Shown: piece after piece, positions 14,754-25,826 of the stretch
Position numbering within the stretch: the stretch's first letter is position 1
How the letters are laid out: every line of letters starts with the position of its first letter
Source of the DNA: the human T2T-CHM13v2.0 reference genome, Homo sapiens
Direction: 5' to 3' (one strand)
DNA: 64,000 bases
Assembly: GCF_009914755.1 (NCBI RefSeq)
Contig: NC_060938.1
The notes under the pieces: model-generated
The model's input: only the letters and a program-made list of their open reading frames with translations
Databases searched by the model: none
What the model was told of the DNA's origin: nothing
Translations under genes and position numbers: made by a program

Positions 14754-15236
14754 GCAAACGCCAGCAGGGCTGCTGTGAATTTGTGTAAGGATTGAGGGAC
14801 AGTTGCTTTTCAGCATGGGCCCAGGAATGCCAAGGAGACATCTATGCACGACCTTGGGAAATGAGTTGATGTCTCCGGTAAAACACCGGAGACTAATTCC
14901 TGCCCTGCCCAATTTTGCAGGGAGCATGGCTGTGAGGATGGGGTGAACTCACGCACAGCCAAGGACTCCAAAATCACAACAGCATTACTGTTCTTATTTG
15001 CTGCCACACCTGAGCCAGCCTGCTCCTTCCCAGGAGTGGAGGAGGCCTGGGGGCAGGGAGAGGAGTGACTGAGCTTCCCTCCCGTGTGTTCTCCGTCCCT
15101 GCCCCAGCAAGACAACTTAGATCTCCAGGAGAACTGCCATCCAGCTTTGGTGCAATGGCTGAGTGCACAAGTGAGTTGTTGCCCTGGGTTTCTTTAATCT
15201 ATTCAGCTAGAACTTTGAAGGACAATTTCTTGCATT

Positions 15237-15242
15237 AATAAA
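15237..15242 (+). terminator. BDKRB2: Candidate proximal polyadenylation signal of BDKRB2
   Basis: AATAAA about 480 nt after the stop codon. Confidence 0.45.
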
Positions 15243-16213
15243 GGTTAAGCCCTGAGGGGTCCCTGATAACAACCTGGAGACCAGGATTTTATGGCTCCCC
15301 TCACTGATGGACAAGGAGGTCTGTGCCAAAGAAGAATCCAATAAGCACATATTGAGCACTTGCTGTATATGCAGTATTGAGCACTGTAGGCAAGAGGGAA
15401 GAAAGAGAAGGAGCCATCTCCATCTTGAAGGAACTCAAAGACTCAAGTGGGAACGACTGGGCACTGCCACCACCAGAAAGCTGTTCGACGAGACGGTCGA
15501 GCAGGGTGCTGTGGGTGATATGGACAGCAGAAGGGGGAGACCAAGGTTCCAGCTCAACCAATAACTATTGCACAACCATCTGTCCCTGCCTCAGTTCCCT
15601 CTTCTGTAACATGAAGTCGTTGTGAGGGTTAAAGGCAGTAACAGGTATAAAGTACTTAGAAAAGCAAAGGGTGCTACGTACATGTGAGGCATCATTACGC
15701 AGACGTAACTGGGATATGTTTACTATAAGGAAAAGACACTGAGGTCTAGAAATAGCTCCGTGGAGCAGAATCAGTATTGGGAGCCGGTGGCGGTGTGAAG
15801 CACCAGTGTCTGGCACACAGTAGGTGCTCATTGGCTCCCTTCCACCTGTCATTCCCACCACCCTGAGGCCCCAACCGCCACACACACAGGAGCATTTGGA
15901 GAGAAGGCCATGTCTTCAAAGTCTGATTTGTGATGAGGCAGAGGAAGATATTTCTAATCGGTCTTGCCCAGAGGATCACAGTGCTGAGACCCCCCACCAC
16001 CAGCCGGTACCTGGGAAGGGGGAGAGTGCAGGCCTGCTCAGGGACTGTTCCTGTCTCAGCAACCAAGGGATTGTTCCTGTCAATCAATGGTTTATTGGAA
16101 GGTGGCCCAGTATGAGCCCTAGAAGAGTGTGAAAAGGAATGGCAATGGTGTTCACCATCGGCAGTGCCAGGGCAGCACTCATTCACTTGATAAATGAATA
16201 TTTATTAGCTGGT

Positions 16214-16855
16214 TGGAGAGCTAGAACCTGGAGAGCTAGAACCTGGAGAACTAGAACCTGGAGGGCTAGAACTGGAGAGGCTAGAACCAAGAAGGGCTAG
16301 AACCTGGAGGGGCTAGAACCTAGAGAAGCTAAAACCTGAGCTAGAAGCTGGAGGACTAGAACCTGGAGGGCTGGAATCTGGAGAGCTAGAACCTGGAGGG
16401 CTAGAACCTGGAGGGCTAGAATCTGGAGAGCTAGAACCTGGAGGGCTAGAATCTGGAGAGCTAGAACCTGGAGGGCTAGAACCTGGAGAGCTAGAACCTA
16501 GAAGGGCTAGAACCTGGAGGGCTGGAATCTGGAGAGCTAGAACCTGGAGGGCTAGAACCTGGAGGGCTAGAACCTAGAAGGGCTAGAACCTGGAGGGCTG
16601 GAATCTGGAGAGCTAGAACCTGGAGGGCTAGAACCTGGAGGGCTAGAACCTAGAAGGGCTAGAACCTGGAGGGCTAGAACCTGGCAGGTTAGAACCTAGA
16701 AGGGCTAGAACCTGGAGAGCCAGAACCTGGAGGGCTAGAACCTGGAAGGGCTAGAACCTGTAGAGCTAGAACATGGAGAGCTAGAACCCGGCAGGCTAGA
16801 ACCTGGCAAGCTAGAACCTGGAGGGAATGAACCTGGAGGGCTAGAACCTGGAGAA
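16214..16855 (+). repeat. 15-bp minisatellite (VNTR) in the BDKRB2 3'UTR, unit CTAGAACCTGGAGGG, about 42 units
   Basis: Counted directly. Corresponds to the known exon-3 repeat polymorphism of BDKRB2. Confidence 0.97.
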
Positions 16856-17390
16856 TGAGAAAAATTTACATGGCAAAGAGCCCATAAATCCTGACCAATC
16901 CAACTCTGAATTTTAAAGCAAAAGCGTCAAAAAAAAGATTCCCTCCTTACCCCCAACCCACTCTTTTTTCCCACCACCCACTCTCCTCTGCCTCAGTAAG
17001 TATCTGGAGGAAGAAAACAGGTGAAAGAAGAAGTAAAAACCATTTAGTATTAGTATTAGAATGAAGTCAAACTGTGCCACACATGGTGAATGAAAAAAAA
17101 AAAAAGAGGCTGTGTTTTGTCACACAGGGCAGTCATTCAGCACCAGAGCACGTGATGGTCTGAGACTCTCTTAGGAGCAGAGCTCTGCCGCAATGGCCAT
17201 GTGGGGATCCACACCTGGTCTGAGGGGCAACTGAGTCTGCGGGAGAAGAGCGGCCCTATGCATGGTGTAGATGCCCTGATAAAGAACATCTGTCCTGTGA
17301 AAGACTCAATGAGCTGTTATGTTGTAAACAGGAAGCATTTCACATCCAAACGAGAAAATCATGTAAACATGTGTCTTTTCTGTAGAGCAT

Positions 17391-17396
17391 AATAAA
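17391..17396 (+). terminator. BDKRB2: Distal polyadenylation signal of BDKRB2
   Basis: AATAAA preceded by TGTA motifs and followed by T/GT-rich sequence. Confidence 0.8.
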
Positions 17397-18161
17397 TGGA
17401 TGAGGTTTTTGCATAGCTCTAGCATTTGTTACAACTCCCGAAACCCCCGAGTTTGGTCCCTGGGGTACCGCCTTGCACACTCAGAAGCCTTTGGGAAGGG
17501 GTGCTATTCATTTCTGCTCAATCTGTTAACAGGCTTCTGGCATGTAGATCAGTGGTCTCCAAGCTTTTGTGATTGTATATTCCTATAGGAAAAAAAGAAT
17601 TGATTATGCATACCCAGTATGTATACTTATTAATCTGTATGAAGATGTACATTCTAAAATATAATCAACCAGTAGAAATTTAAGAAAGAAGATGTAAAAA
17701 AAAAAAATATTAACAGTGCTTGAATATTTCCTTCCATCTTACATTTCTGCAGGGATAACTCATTACCAAGTTCCCACTACATGAATGTGAGACCCTCATG
17801 AGGCCTAGAATCATAGGCGCAGCAGCGATTCAATCATTTATTCATGCAATATAGACTTACTGAGTGCCTACCACTTGACTTCCCTTCAAATCAGGAGTAT
17901 CTTCTACAATATCCTGATGAAAAGCCACTTGTTTCATACTCCCAGTGATGGGGAATTCATTATCCATGCCACTTTGGGATCCCTTCATTATTCATGTATT
18001 CATTCCTTCACTCATTTATTAAACAAAACTTGCCTAGTCTGTCTCCATAAATGCCCCTCCTCCATCCATGCATCCATCCATCCATGCCAGGAACCTGGGG
18101 CTCATCGCTCAACGTACCCTCTCCTTCATCTGTTCCATCTGGTGGGTCAGCACCTCTTTTA

Positions 18162-18694
18162 TTTTTTTCTAACTTTTATTTTGAGTTCAGGGGTACACGT
18201 GCAGGTTTGTTACATAGATAAACTTGGGTCATGGTGGTTTGTTGTACAGATTATTTCATCACCCAAGCATTAAGCCTACTACCCATTAGTTATTTTTCCT
18301 GCTCCTCTCCCTCCTCCCAACCCCCACCCTCCACTAGACCTCAGTGTCTGTTGTTCCCTTCTTTGTGTCCATGTGTTCTCACCATTTAGCTCCCACTTAC
18401 AAATGAGAACATGTGGTATTTGGTTTTCTGTTCTTGGGTTAGTTCGCTAAGAATAATGGCCTCCAGCTCCATCCATGTCCCCGCAGAGGACATGATCTCA
18501 TTCTTTTTTATGGCTGCATAGTGTTCCATGGTTGTATATGTACCGCATTTTCTTTATCCAGTCTATAATTGATGGGCACTTACATTGACTCCATGCCTTT
18601 GCCATTGTGAATAGTGCTGCAGTGAGCACTCATGTGCATGTGTATTTATGATAGAATGATTTATATTCCTTTGGGTATATACCCAGTAATAGGA
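18162..18694 (-). mobile_element. 5'-truncated primate L1 (L1PA/PB 3' end) with 15-bp TSD
   Basis: Antisense L1 3'UTR (GTGCAGGTTTGTTACATAG ... GGGTATATACCCAGTAAT). TSD TCAGCACCTCTTTTA at 18147-18161 and 18695-18709. Confidence 0.92.
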
Positions 18695-19128
18695 TCAGCA
18701 CCTCTTTTAGATTCTACTCACTAAGTGTTTCCTAAATCTATGTTTCCTTCTATGTCCAACCATCGTCTGTCATGGGTGCCTCCAATACTAACTACTACCA
18801 TCTCCCAATTCTTATTCTTCACTCTGCAGCCAACATGGTCTTTTAAGAATGCAAATACATTCATGGGGAGGCTATAAACATAGAGAACTGTGTTCAGGAG
18901 CCAAGACTTTAGGATTAGGTAGACCTGGATTCCACTTGTGGTTCAGCCTTGGGCTCTTATTTGCTGTGTAGTCTTGGGTACCTCAGTTATCCTTTCTGAG
19001 TCAACATTTCCTTGTCTGCAAAATGGGGATAATAATGGTATCTACCTCATAAAATTGTTAATAGGATTAATGTATGAAAGCATCTAGCACAGTGCCTGGT
19101 ACATAGTTGGCACTGAACATGTACTAGC

Positions 19129-19130
<2 letters not shown>

Positions 19131-19165
<35 letters not shown>

Positions 19166-19173
19166 GTGGTGGT
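19131..19173. repeat. (GAT)n(GGT)n trinucleotide microsatellite at the end of a MIR
   Basis: Directly visible. Confidence 0.9.
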
Positions 19174-21164
19174 GTTGGCAGTGAGTGTGATGGGGGCATC
19201 CTCCAAGGGAAACCCTTCCATAGTGTCCCACCCCTCTTGCGATAAGGTTCTACAGCTGTAACATGGCTTGCAAGACCCTTCATGATCTGGTCCCTGTCTT
19301 GTCTCTATGTCTCCCTCTCTCTGCTCCAGGCTCATTCTCTACCCTCCAGCCATTTGGACACAAGAACCTAGACAGATCCCAGAAGATATTTCATTCTGCC
19401 TCCAGTGCCCACTCTTCCCACCCAGACTGCACCCCCTCACTAAGTGCCCTGAACTTGGAGGAAGTTGTCCACAAGTGCCCAAGGGAGCTCACTCCTCCAG
19501 GGAATTTTGTTCACAGATGCCTGCATTACTCAAGGGAGTCTGCAATCCAGGGGAAACCACATGCCTGGAAACCTGAGCAGGGCTCTTAGCAGGCAAAAAA
19601 AGAAAAAAAAAATGCTGGGAGAGCCTCCCCAGCGAGGCAACAGGAGCAGCCCCTCAACTCCTGACCCTCTCTGGCTCCAGCAAGCTGGCGCAATGAGAAG
19701 AAGTCCAGGTGGGCTCAGGAGACCAGGCAAGGGGCCTAGCTCCTGAGTCTTCCCTGGCCACAGAGGGGTGAGAATAGGATGCAGAGATGCAAACTGGACA
19801 CCAGATGACCTCATGGGAATTCATGCTAGTGCTGGAGCCTCTTGAGCACAGCCTTCATGACTCAGAGGGGGAGTGTCTCCATTGTGTAGATCCCAGCCAT
19901 GTGCTGCATTATCTCCTTGTTACCCAATTCCTGACCCTTATGTAGCTCTGATCCTTCACCAAGGATGAGGGTGGGGAGCAGGGATGAGCAACAGAGGTCA
20001 TGATTTGGCAACAGCAATGGCTGAAAGTTTAATCGTTTGTTCATGAGAGTTTTATTCTGGTTTTAGTTTTTTATTTTGTTTTGCTGGCTGAGGCAAAATA
20101 GTCCCAGGTCAAAGGGACCCCATCAAAATACTTCACGCTCACAACCACTCTGGGAGTTTGCATGATCACTGGTTCATGGTATGGAAACTGGGGCCCAGAG
20201 AGGGAAGTAACTTTCCAAGGCCATGCAGTTCTTAAGGAGGGTGCTCTGGAAATTCTCTCTGTTCTTGGGGTGTTCATGCCTTAACAAACCGAGGATACAA
20301 ATTCTGTCACAGGAAAAGTCCTCGAAGTGCCTTCTTGCATGACGAGCTTATGACCCAGGGCTTGGGCTATTTCTGCCACAATAAAAGCTTTGCATCTCAT
20401 AGGCCTTGTGCATACTTGCTTCCTGCAGATCACCTTCCCAGAGCTGGTGGATGTAATTCACATGCCGTAGAGTTTACCCACTTCAGCTTTTACTTAATAA
20501 CCAATTCATGCAACCATCACTACTGTCTAATTCCAGAACACTTTCATCATCCCCCAAGAAATCGCATATTCATTAACAGTCACGTCCCATTCTCCCTTCC
20601 TCATGGCTTTGGGCAACCACTAATCTTTCTGTCTCTAGATTTACCTGTTGTGAAAGAAGCCAGGCACATGTTGTAGGATGCTGTCTCTGTAGAGCCTATA
20701 ACACATGCCTTTTGTGTCTAGCTCCTTTTACCTCCTAACACTGAGCTAGAATGTTTAATTGTTGGGGGAGAATTTTGGGGACCAGTCCATGGGTTCCCTA
20801 CCATGCCACTTGTGTGATCTCAGCAAGCCACTTTACTCATCTTCCCTCCCACCACCTTTGGCCTTAGTTTTCTCGTCTGTCAAGTGGAGAGATAATAAGT
20901 CATGACTCTAACAGGTTTCTGGCATGTAGATCAGTGGTCTCGAAGGACTGCCTTATGTGATGTTGATGCTGTCCTCTATAGTTTACGAAGGCCCCAGCAC
21001 CAACAGTACAGGGGCTTGGAGGCAGGTTCCTGGTTCACATCTTACCTCTGCCACTTCCCAGCTGTGGGAATTTGAAGAAGGTCAGTGAATTTCTCTGAGT
21101 GTCTCTTTTCTCATCTATTAAATGAAGATCCAAGTATTGTGAAGATTCAGTGAGATAAAGATGT

Positions 21165-21845
21165 TGTGATGAGTTGAAGAGTATCCCTCCACCCCAACTC
21201 ATGTCCACATGGAACTTCAGAATATGACCTTATTTGGGAATAGGGTCTTTGCAGAAGTAGTTAAATTAAGATGAGGTTACACAGGTTGAGCATTCCTAAT
21301 CCAAAAATCTGGAATCACAAATGCCCCCAAATCCACAACTTTTTGAGCACTGACATGATGCTCAAAGGACATGTTATTGGAACATTTTAGATTTTGGATT
21401 TCTGGATTAAGGATGGTCAGCTAGTATGTATTCTGCAAATACTCCAAAATCCAAAAACATTCAAAATGCAAAACACAAAAACTTCTGGTCCCAAGCATTT
21501 CTGGATAAGGGATCCCCAACCTGTACTGGACTAAGGTGACCCTTAAATCCAATAACTGGTGTCCTTATAAGAAGAGGAGAAAAACACACAGAGACACAGA
21601 GAGAGATGGAGGCAGAGACTGGAGCGATGCTTCCACAAGCCAAGAAATGTGAAGGATTGCCCAGAATCACCAGAAGGGAGGAAGAAGCAAGGAGTGGCTT
21701 CTCCTTCAGACCCTCCAGGAGGAACCAACACTGCCAGCACCTTGATTTTGGACTTCTGGCCTCCAGAACTGTGAGAGGACAAATGTTCATTGTTTAGGCC
21801 ACTTAGGTTTTGATACTTTGTATGGAGCCCTGAGCAAATGGATAC
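21165..21845 (+). mobile_element. MLT1 (MaLR) LTR interrupted by a Tigger element
   Basis: GACCTTATTTGGGAATAGGGTCTTTGCAG ... CACCTTGATTTTGGACTTCTGGCCTCCAGAACTGTGAG motifs. Confidence 0.8.
21282..21523 (+). mobile_element. Tigger4a/Zombi-like MITE (TcMar) nested in MLT1
   Basis: TIRs CAGGTTGAGCATTCCT ... AGGGATCCCCAACCTG, about 240 bp, TA on the right flank. Confidence 0.8.
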
Positions 21846-22936
21846 AGGTATTTTAGTCTTTTTGAGCACATACTCACCATCCAGTTGCCCATTAAGGTAC
21901 CTGCAGGCCCCTTCTCTCAACAATGAGAGGGCACACTGGATGTTTTTCTCAGGTCTTTTTAGGGTTAGAGATACTTGTTCGTGCAGATTTCCTAAGAAAT
22001 AATACCAAATGCCATCTTACTAAATTGTAGAGGATTTTTTTCAAATGGAAGATACTGAGGCCTTTCCCATATTGCGGGCCAGCCCAAGCCCCCAGAGCGT
22101 GAATCATGGGCCCCGGGTGCTGAGTGTAAATGCCCATCCTTGCGGACCTAGGACCTGGGATCTGCTGATTCTTTCTTCCTTCCCCAGAACCAAAAGGCAG
22201 GCCAATTCAAAGAGTCTCAGACCAGGATTCAAATAAATAAATAAATGGCCTCAGAGCCCAGCTCCCAGCTTCCAGACAGCCCAGCCACCAACCCCACCCA
22301 GGTGGGAGGCTACTTATAGACAACCCTGAAAGATGGTCAAAGATGGGGTTCTGAGACTCTCTGGATGCCTCCCTTCATGCTGAGTCACCCTTTGCCGTCC
22401 ACTCAGCCGGCGAGCAATGAGTGTCTGTTTCCTCTCTTCAGTTCTGGCCAAGACAGAGCACGGTGTGTGTGGGCCCTCCTCATAATGACACTACCATCGT
22501 CTTGTGCAACAGTAAAATGATAAAATCAGGAACAGTTACTGTGGGGTGCCTACTAAAGGCCAGTTGCATCACCACATTATCCCATGTGATTACCAAATTC
22601 TACAACATGCTCCACTTTACAGACTGAGGCTCTGGAAGGTGGAATTGAAAATGGTCCAGATTCTCCAATTGCACACAAAAAATGTGTTGCTTTCTACCAT
22701 AATTTCCCATTAAATTGTCTCTTTCACAAAAAAAAAAAAGAAGAAGAAGAAGAGGAAGAAGAAAATGGTCCAGATTCACCTTCTCAGCAGTGACGGAGCT
22801 AGGGTGTCAACGCTGCTGAGGCAGCTCCACACCGTACACCTGCCTGCCTGGACTTCCAAATCAGACCTTAAGGACCAGGGACGGGACTTGTTTTTGCAGT
22901 CAGATTTGCTCACTGTCTTCCTGACCTCCCTAAGTA

Positions 22937-23262
22937 CAGTAGTCCCCCCCTTTATCCATGGTTTCAATTACCTGTGGCCAATATAGGTCTGAAAATATTA
23001 AATGGAAAATTCCAGAAAAAAGCAATTAATACGTTTTAAATTATGCACCAGTCTGAGCAGTGTGATGAAACCTCGCCCCGTCCTGCTTTGTCCCACCTGG
23101 GACATGAGTTGTCCCTTTGTCCAATGTACCCATGCTATATAAGCTACCCACCATTACTGTATAGCAAAAAGCATAGTGTTATAAGGTTTGGTACTATCTG
23201 CAGTTTCAGGCATCCACTGGGGGTCTTGGAACGTTTTCCCCATGCCTAAGGGGGAACTGCTG
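22937..23262 (+). mobile_element. MER44-like (Tigger7-derived) DNA transposon
   Basis: TA-CAGTAGTCCCCCC ... GGGGGAACTGCTG-TA: TIRs with TA target duplication. Confidence 0.82.
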
Positions 23263-24414
23263 TACAGAGCCTCATTCCTTTCTGTTTTGAAGACCACTGG
23301 ATCCTGTTCTGTTTCTTCATAGAACTCACAATCACGATCCTGTACAGGTTTCTCTGTTAGTCTGTCTCTATCCCAAGTCTGTAGCCCCCATGAGGGCTGG
23401 GACAGTCAAGAATGACCCCAAGTCTTCAAGAAAAGTTATGGTTATCTTCAGCAATTTCAGTTCCCCTATACTCAGAGTTCTGCAGCTCACAGAAGCAATT
23501 TCAGTTTCCCTGGATCCGGAGTTTTGCATCCCCATCATGGGGACCAATATGATTTATATGAAAGATAAATGCTCACAGCATCAACTTTATAATATGGTAA
23601 TCCAATTCCATCTCTTTAAAACATCATAAAGGAACTACTGGTTTCTAAGGAAAACATCTTATTCCATACCCCCATTCTTTGCTGTACACATGGCTTAATT
23701 AGGCATCTAGGCTGATTGAAAAATGATGAAAGAGCTTTTCCATATGGCACTTGCTGCTAGATTAAGAAAGAAGGTCATAATACTGAGAAAAGATGCATCA
23801 ACATGTACATATTCATCTTATCCTGGGAACATCTATACAGCACGATACTGACATTTCCCACACAGTTATTTGATCCTCACAGCAACTCTCAGAAGCAGGC
23901 AGGACCAGAGCATTCCAGGACCACCGGCCCTGCTCTCTTCTGGAAGCCCTGCAGGTGGGCTCCACCTGCCGTGAGCATTTATCTTTAGAATAGATCATGC
24001 AGTTAGAGCTATAAAACTCCAAGTACAGGGAAATGGAAATTGCTTCCATGAGCTGCAAAACTTTATGCACCTGCTCTCTCAAAACACCCTTACTCTGGGC
24101 TAAAACTATCATTCAATTCTCTTCCCTGAACCAAACCAAGAGCTGCACAGGGCCTGCTGGAGGGTAGGGGATATGGGATATTCATGGATAGCGTGAGTAA
24201 GTGGGGTGTGGGGCTTGAACCTGGGCTTTCTGACCCCAAGTTCCAAGTGAGCCTTCCACAAAGGCTTATGAACATGTGTGCGTTATAATACAAATGCTGG
24301 TCCCCCCACCTGCGATGGTTTTCTCAGCTTGCTTGCCTTCCAAACTCCTATTCAGCCCTGAAAACCTAGTTTAAATAATCCCCTGCCATGAATTCTTCCC
24401 CAACTCTGCATAAT

Positions 24415-24892
24415 AGTCGAGGTTCTCTAGAGAAACATAACCAACAGAAAATAGATAAATATAGATAGATTTGTTATAAGGAATTGGTTTATGCAATTAT
24501 GGAGGCTGAGAAGTCCCACCATCTGCTGTCTGCAAGCTGGAGACCCAGGAGGACCAGTGATGTAGTTCCAGTGGGATTGTGAAGGCCAGAGACCCAGGAT
24601 GGCCAGCGAGAAGGTGGGAGAAGACAGATGTCCCAGCTTGAAAACAGCCAGGCGGAGAGAACCAATTCTCCCTTGCTGCTCCTTTTGGTTGTATTCAGGC
24701 CTCCGACAGGTTGGATGCCACCCACCATGTCAGGGAAGACAATCTGCCTTACTCAGTCTACCAATTCAAACATTAATCATTCAAATTAACCTAGGAAGGT
24801 TAAACTCGCTCACGGCCCCCCCAGAAACCATGTTTAACCAAATATCTGGGCACCCCATGGCCCAGTCAGCATGACACATAAATTACCCATCC
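24415..24892 (-). mobile_element. MLT2 (ERVL) LTR
   Basis: GAGGCTGAGAAGTCCCACCATCTGCTGTCTGCAAGCTGGAGACCCAGG and AAATATCTGGGCACCCCATGGCCCAGTCA motifs. Confidence 0.8.
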
Positions 24893-25498
24893 CACTCCAC
24901 CTCGAGCAGAACTCATTTTTTTCAAACCTCACACTCAGACACAGCCTCAGAACTTCATTGCCACTCTGCTTTCTACAACATGTTGTCACTGGATGTCAGC
25001 TTGTCCCTGTCCTCAGCCATCCCAAGAGCTCCTTAAGTGGGCACGGAGTGGGCTGTGTTCGTCTATGCACCCCCTGTGCCCACACAGGGCCTGGCCCCCA
25101 CAAGGGGTTTGGCACATGTTTGTTGACATAAGACAAGCTATTGCTATTATATACTTATTTGTAATACATAGTTATGAATACACTCAGCAAATATTTGAGC
25201 ACGTGCTACTTATCAGCCCTGTTGTACAAGTTGGGAAGATGAACCTAATCAAAAGAGATAAATCCGTTGCCTGGTGGAGCAGGTGGCAATAGGGCTGTGA
25301 AGAGCAGTGGAGCAGGCCAAGAGGAGGAGAGGTTATTTCAGGAAAGGTCTCTCTGACAAGGGAGGATTGGTGAGGACCAGAAGGACCTGGGGGAGCAAGC
25401 ATGGGGCTCTCGATGGGAAGGTGCTCCATGTAGGGGAACGGACAGTGCAAAGGCCCTGAGGTGGGAGAGGAGGTGGTACATTCAAAACAGAGAGGAAA

Positions 25499-25630
25499 GG
25501 CTGGGCATAGTGGGGAGTGCCTGTAATCCCAGCATTTTGGGAGGCCGAGGTGGGAGGATGGCTTGGGCCCCCAGGAATTTGAGACCAGCCTAGGCGACAT
25601 AGTGAGACCTTGTGTCAAAAAACAAAAAAC
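25499..25630 (+). mobile_element. Alu monomer (FLAM-like)
   Basis: Single left-arm-like monomer followed by an A-rich tail. Confidence 0.8.
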
Positions 25631-25671
25631 ACAGCTCGAGGAAGCCAGGGCAGCCAGGCACCATGAGACGA

Positions 25672-25826
25672 GTGCTCTGGGAGGCGGCTGGGTCTGTGCA
25701 TGTGCCCTGGGAGACAGCTGGGTTTGCGCGTGTGCTCTGGGAGGCAGCTGGGTCTGCGCATGTGCTCTGGGAGACAGCTGGGTCTACGCATGTGCTCTGG
25801 GGGACAGCTGGGTCTGCGCATGTGCA
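25672..25826 (+). repeat. 30-bp minisatellite, about 5 copies (GTGCTCTGGGAGACAGCTGGGTCTGCGCAT)
   Basis: Direct reading; produces periodic ORFs in several frames. Confidence 0.95.

Larger units (their letters stand above)
14754..17420 (+). other. BDKRB2: BDKRB2 3'UTR (end approximate)
   Basis: Runs from the stop codon to the distal AATAAA at 17391-17396. A proximal AATAAA lies at 15237-15242. Confidence 0.8.

Noticed and set aside
16214-16855. VNTR as a CRISPR-like array or repeat-encoded peptide (GGLEP/WRART)n
   Set aside because: Head-to-tail units without unique spacers, eukaryotic 3'UTR context, no in-frame ATG, and 16-nt units break the frames.
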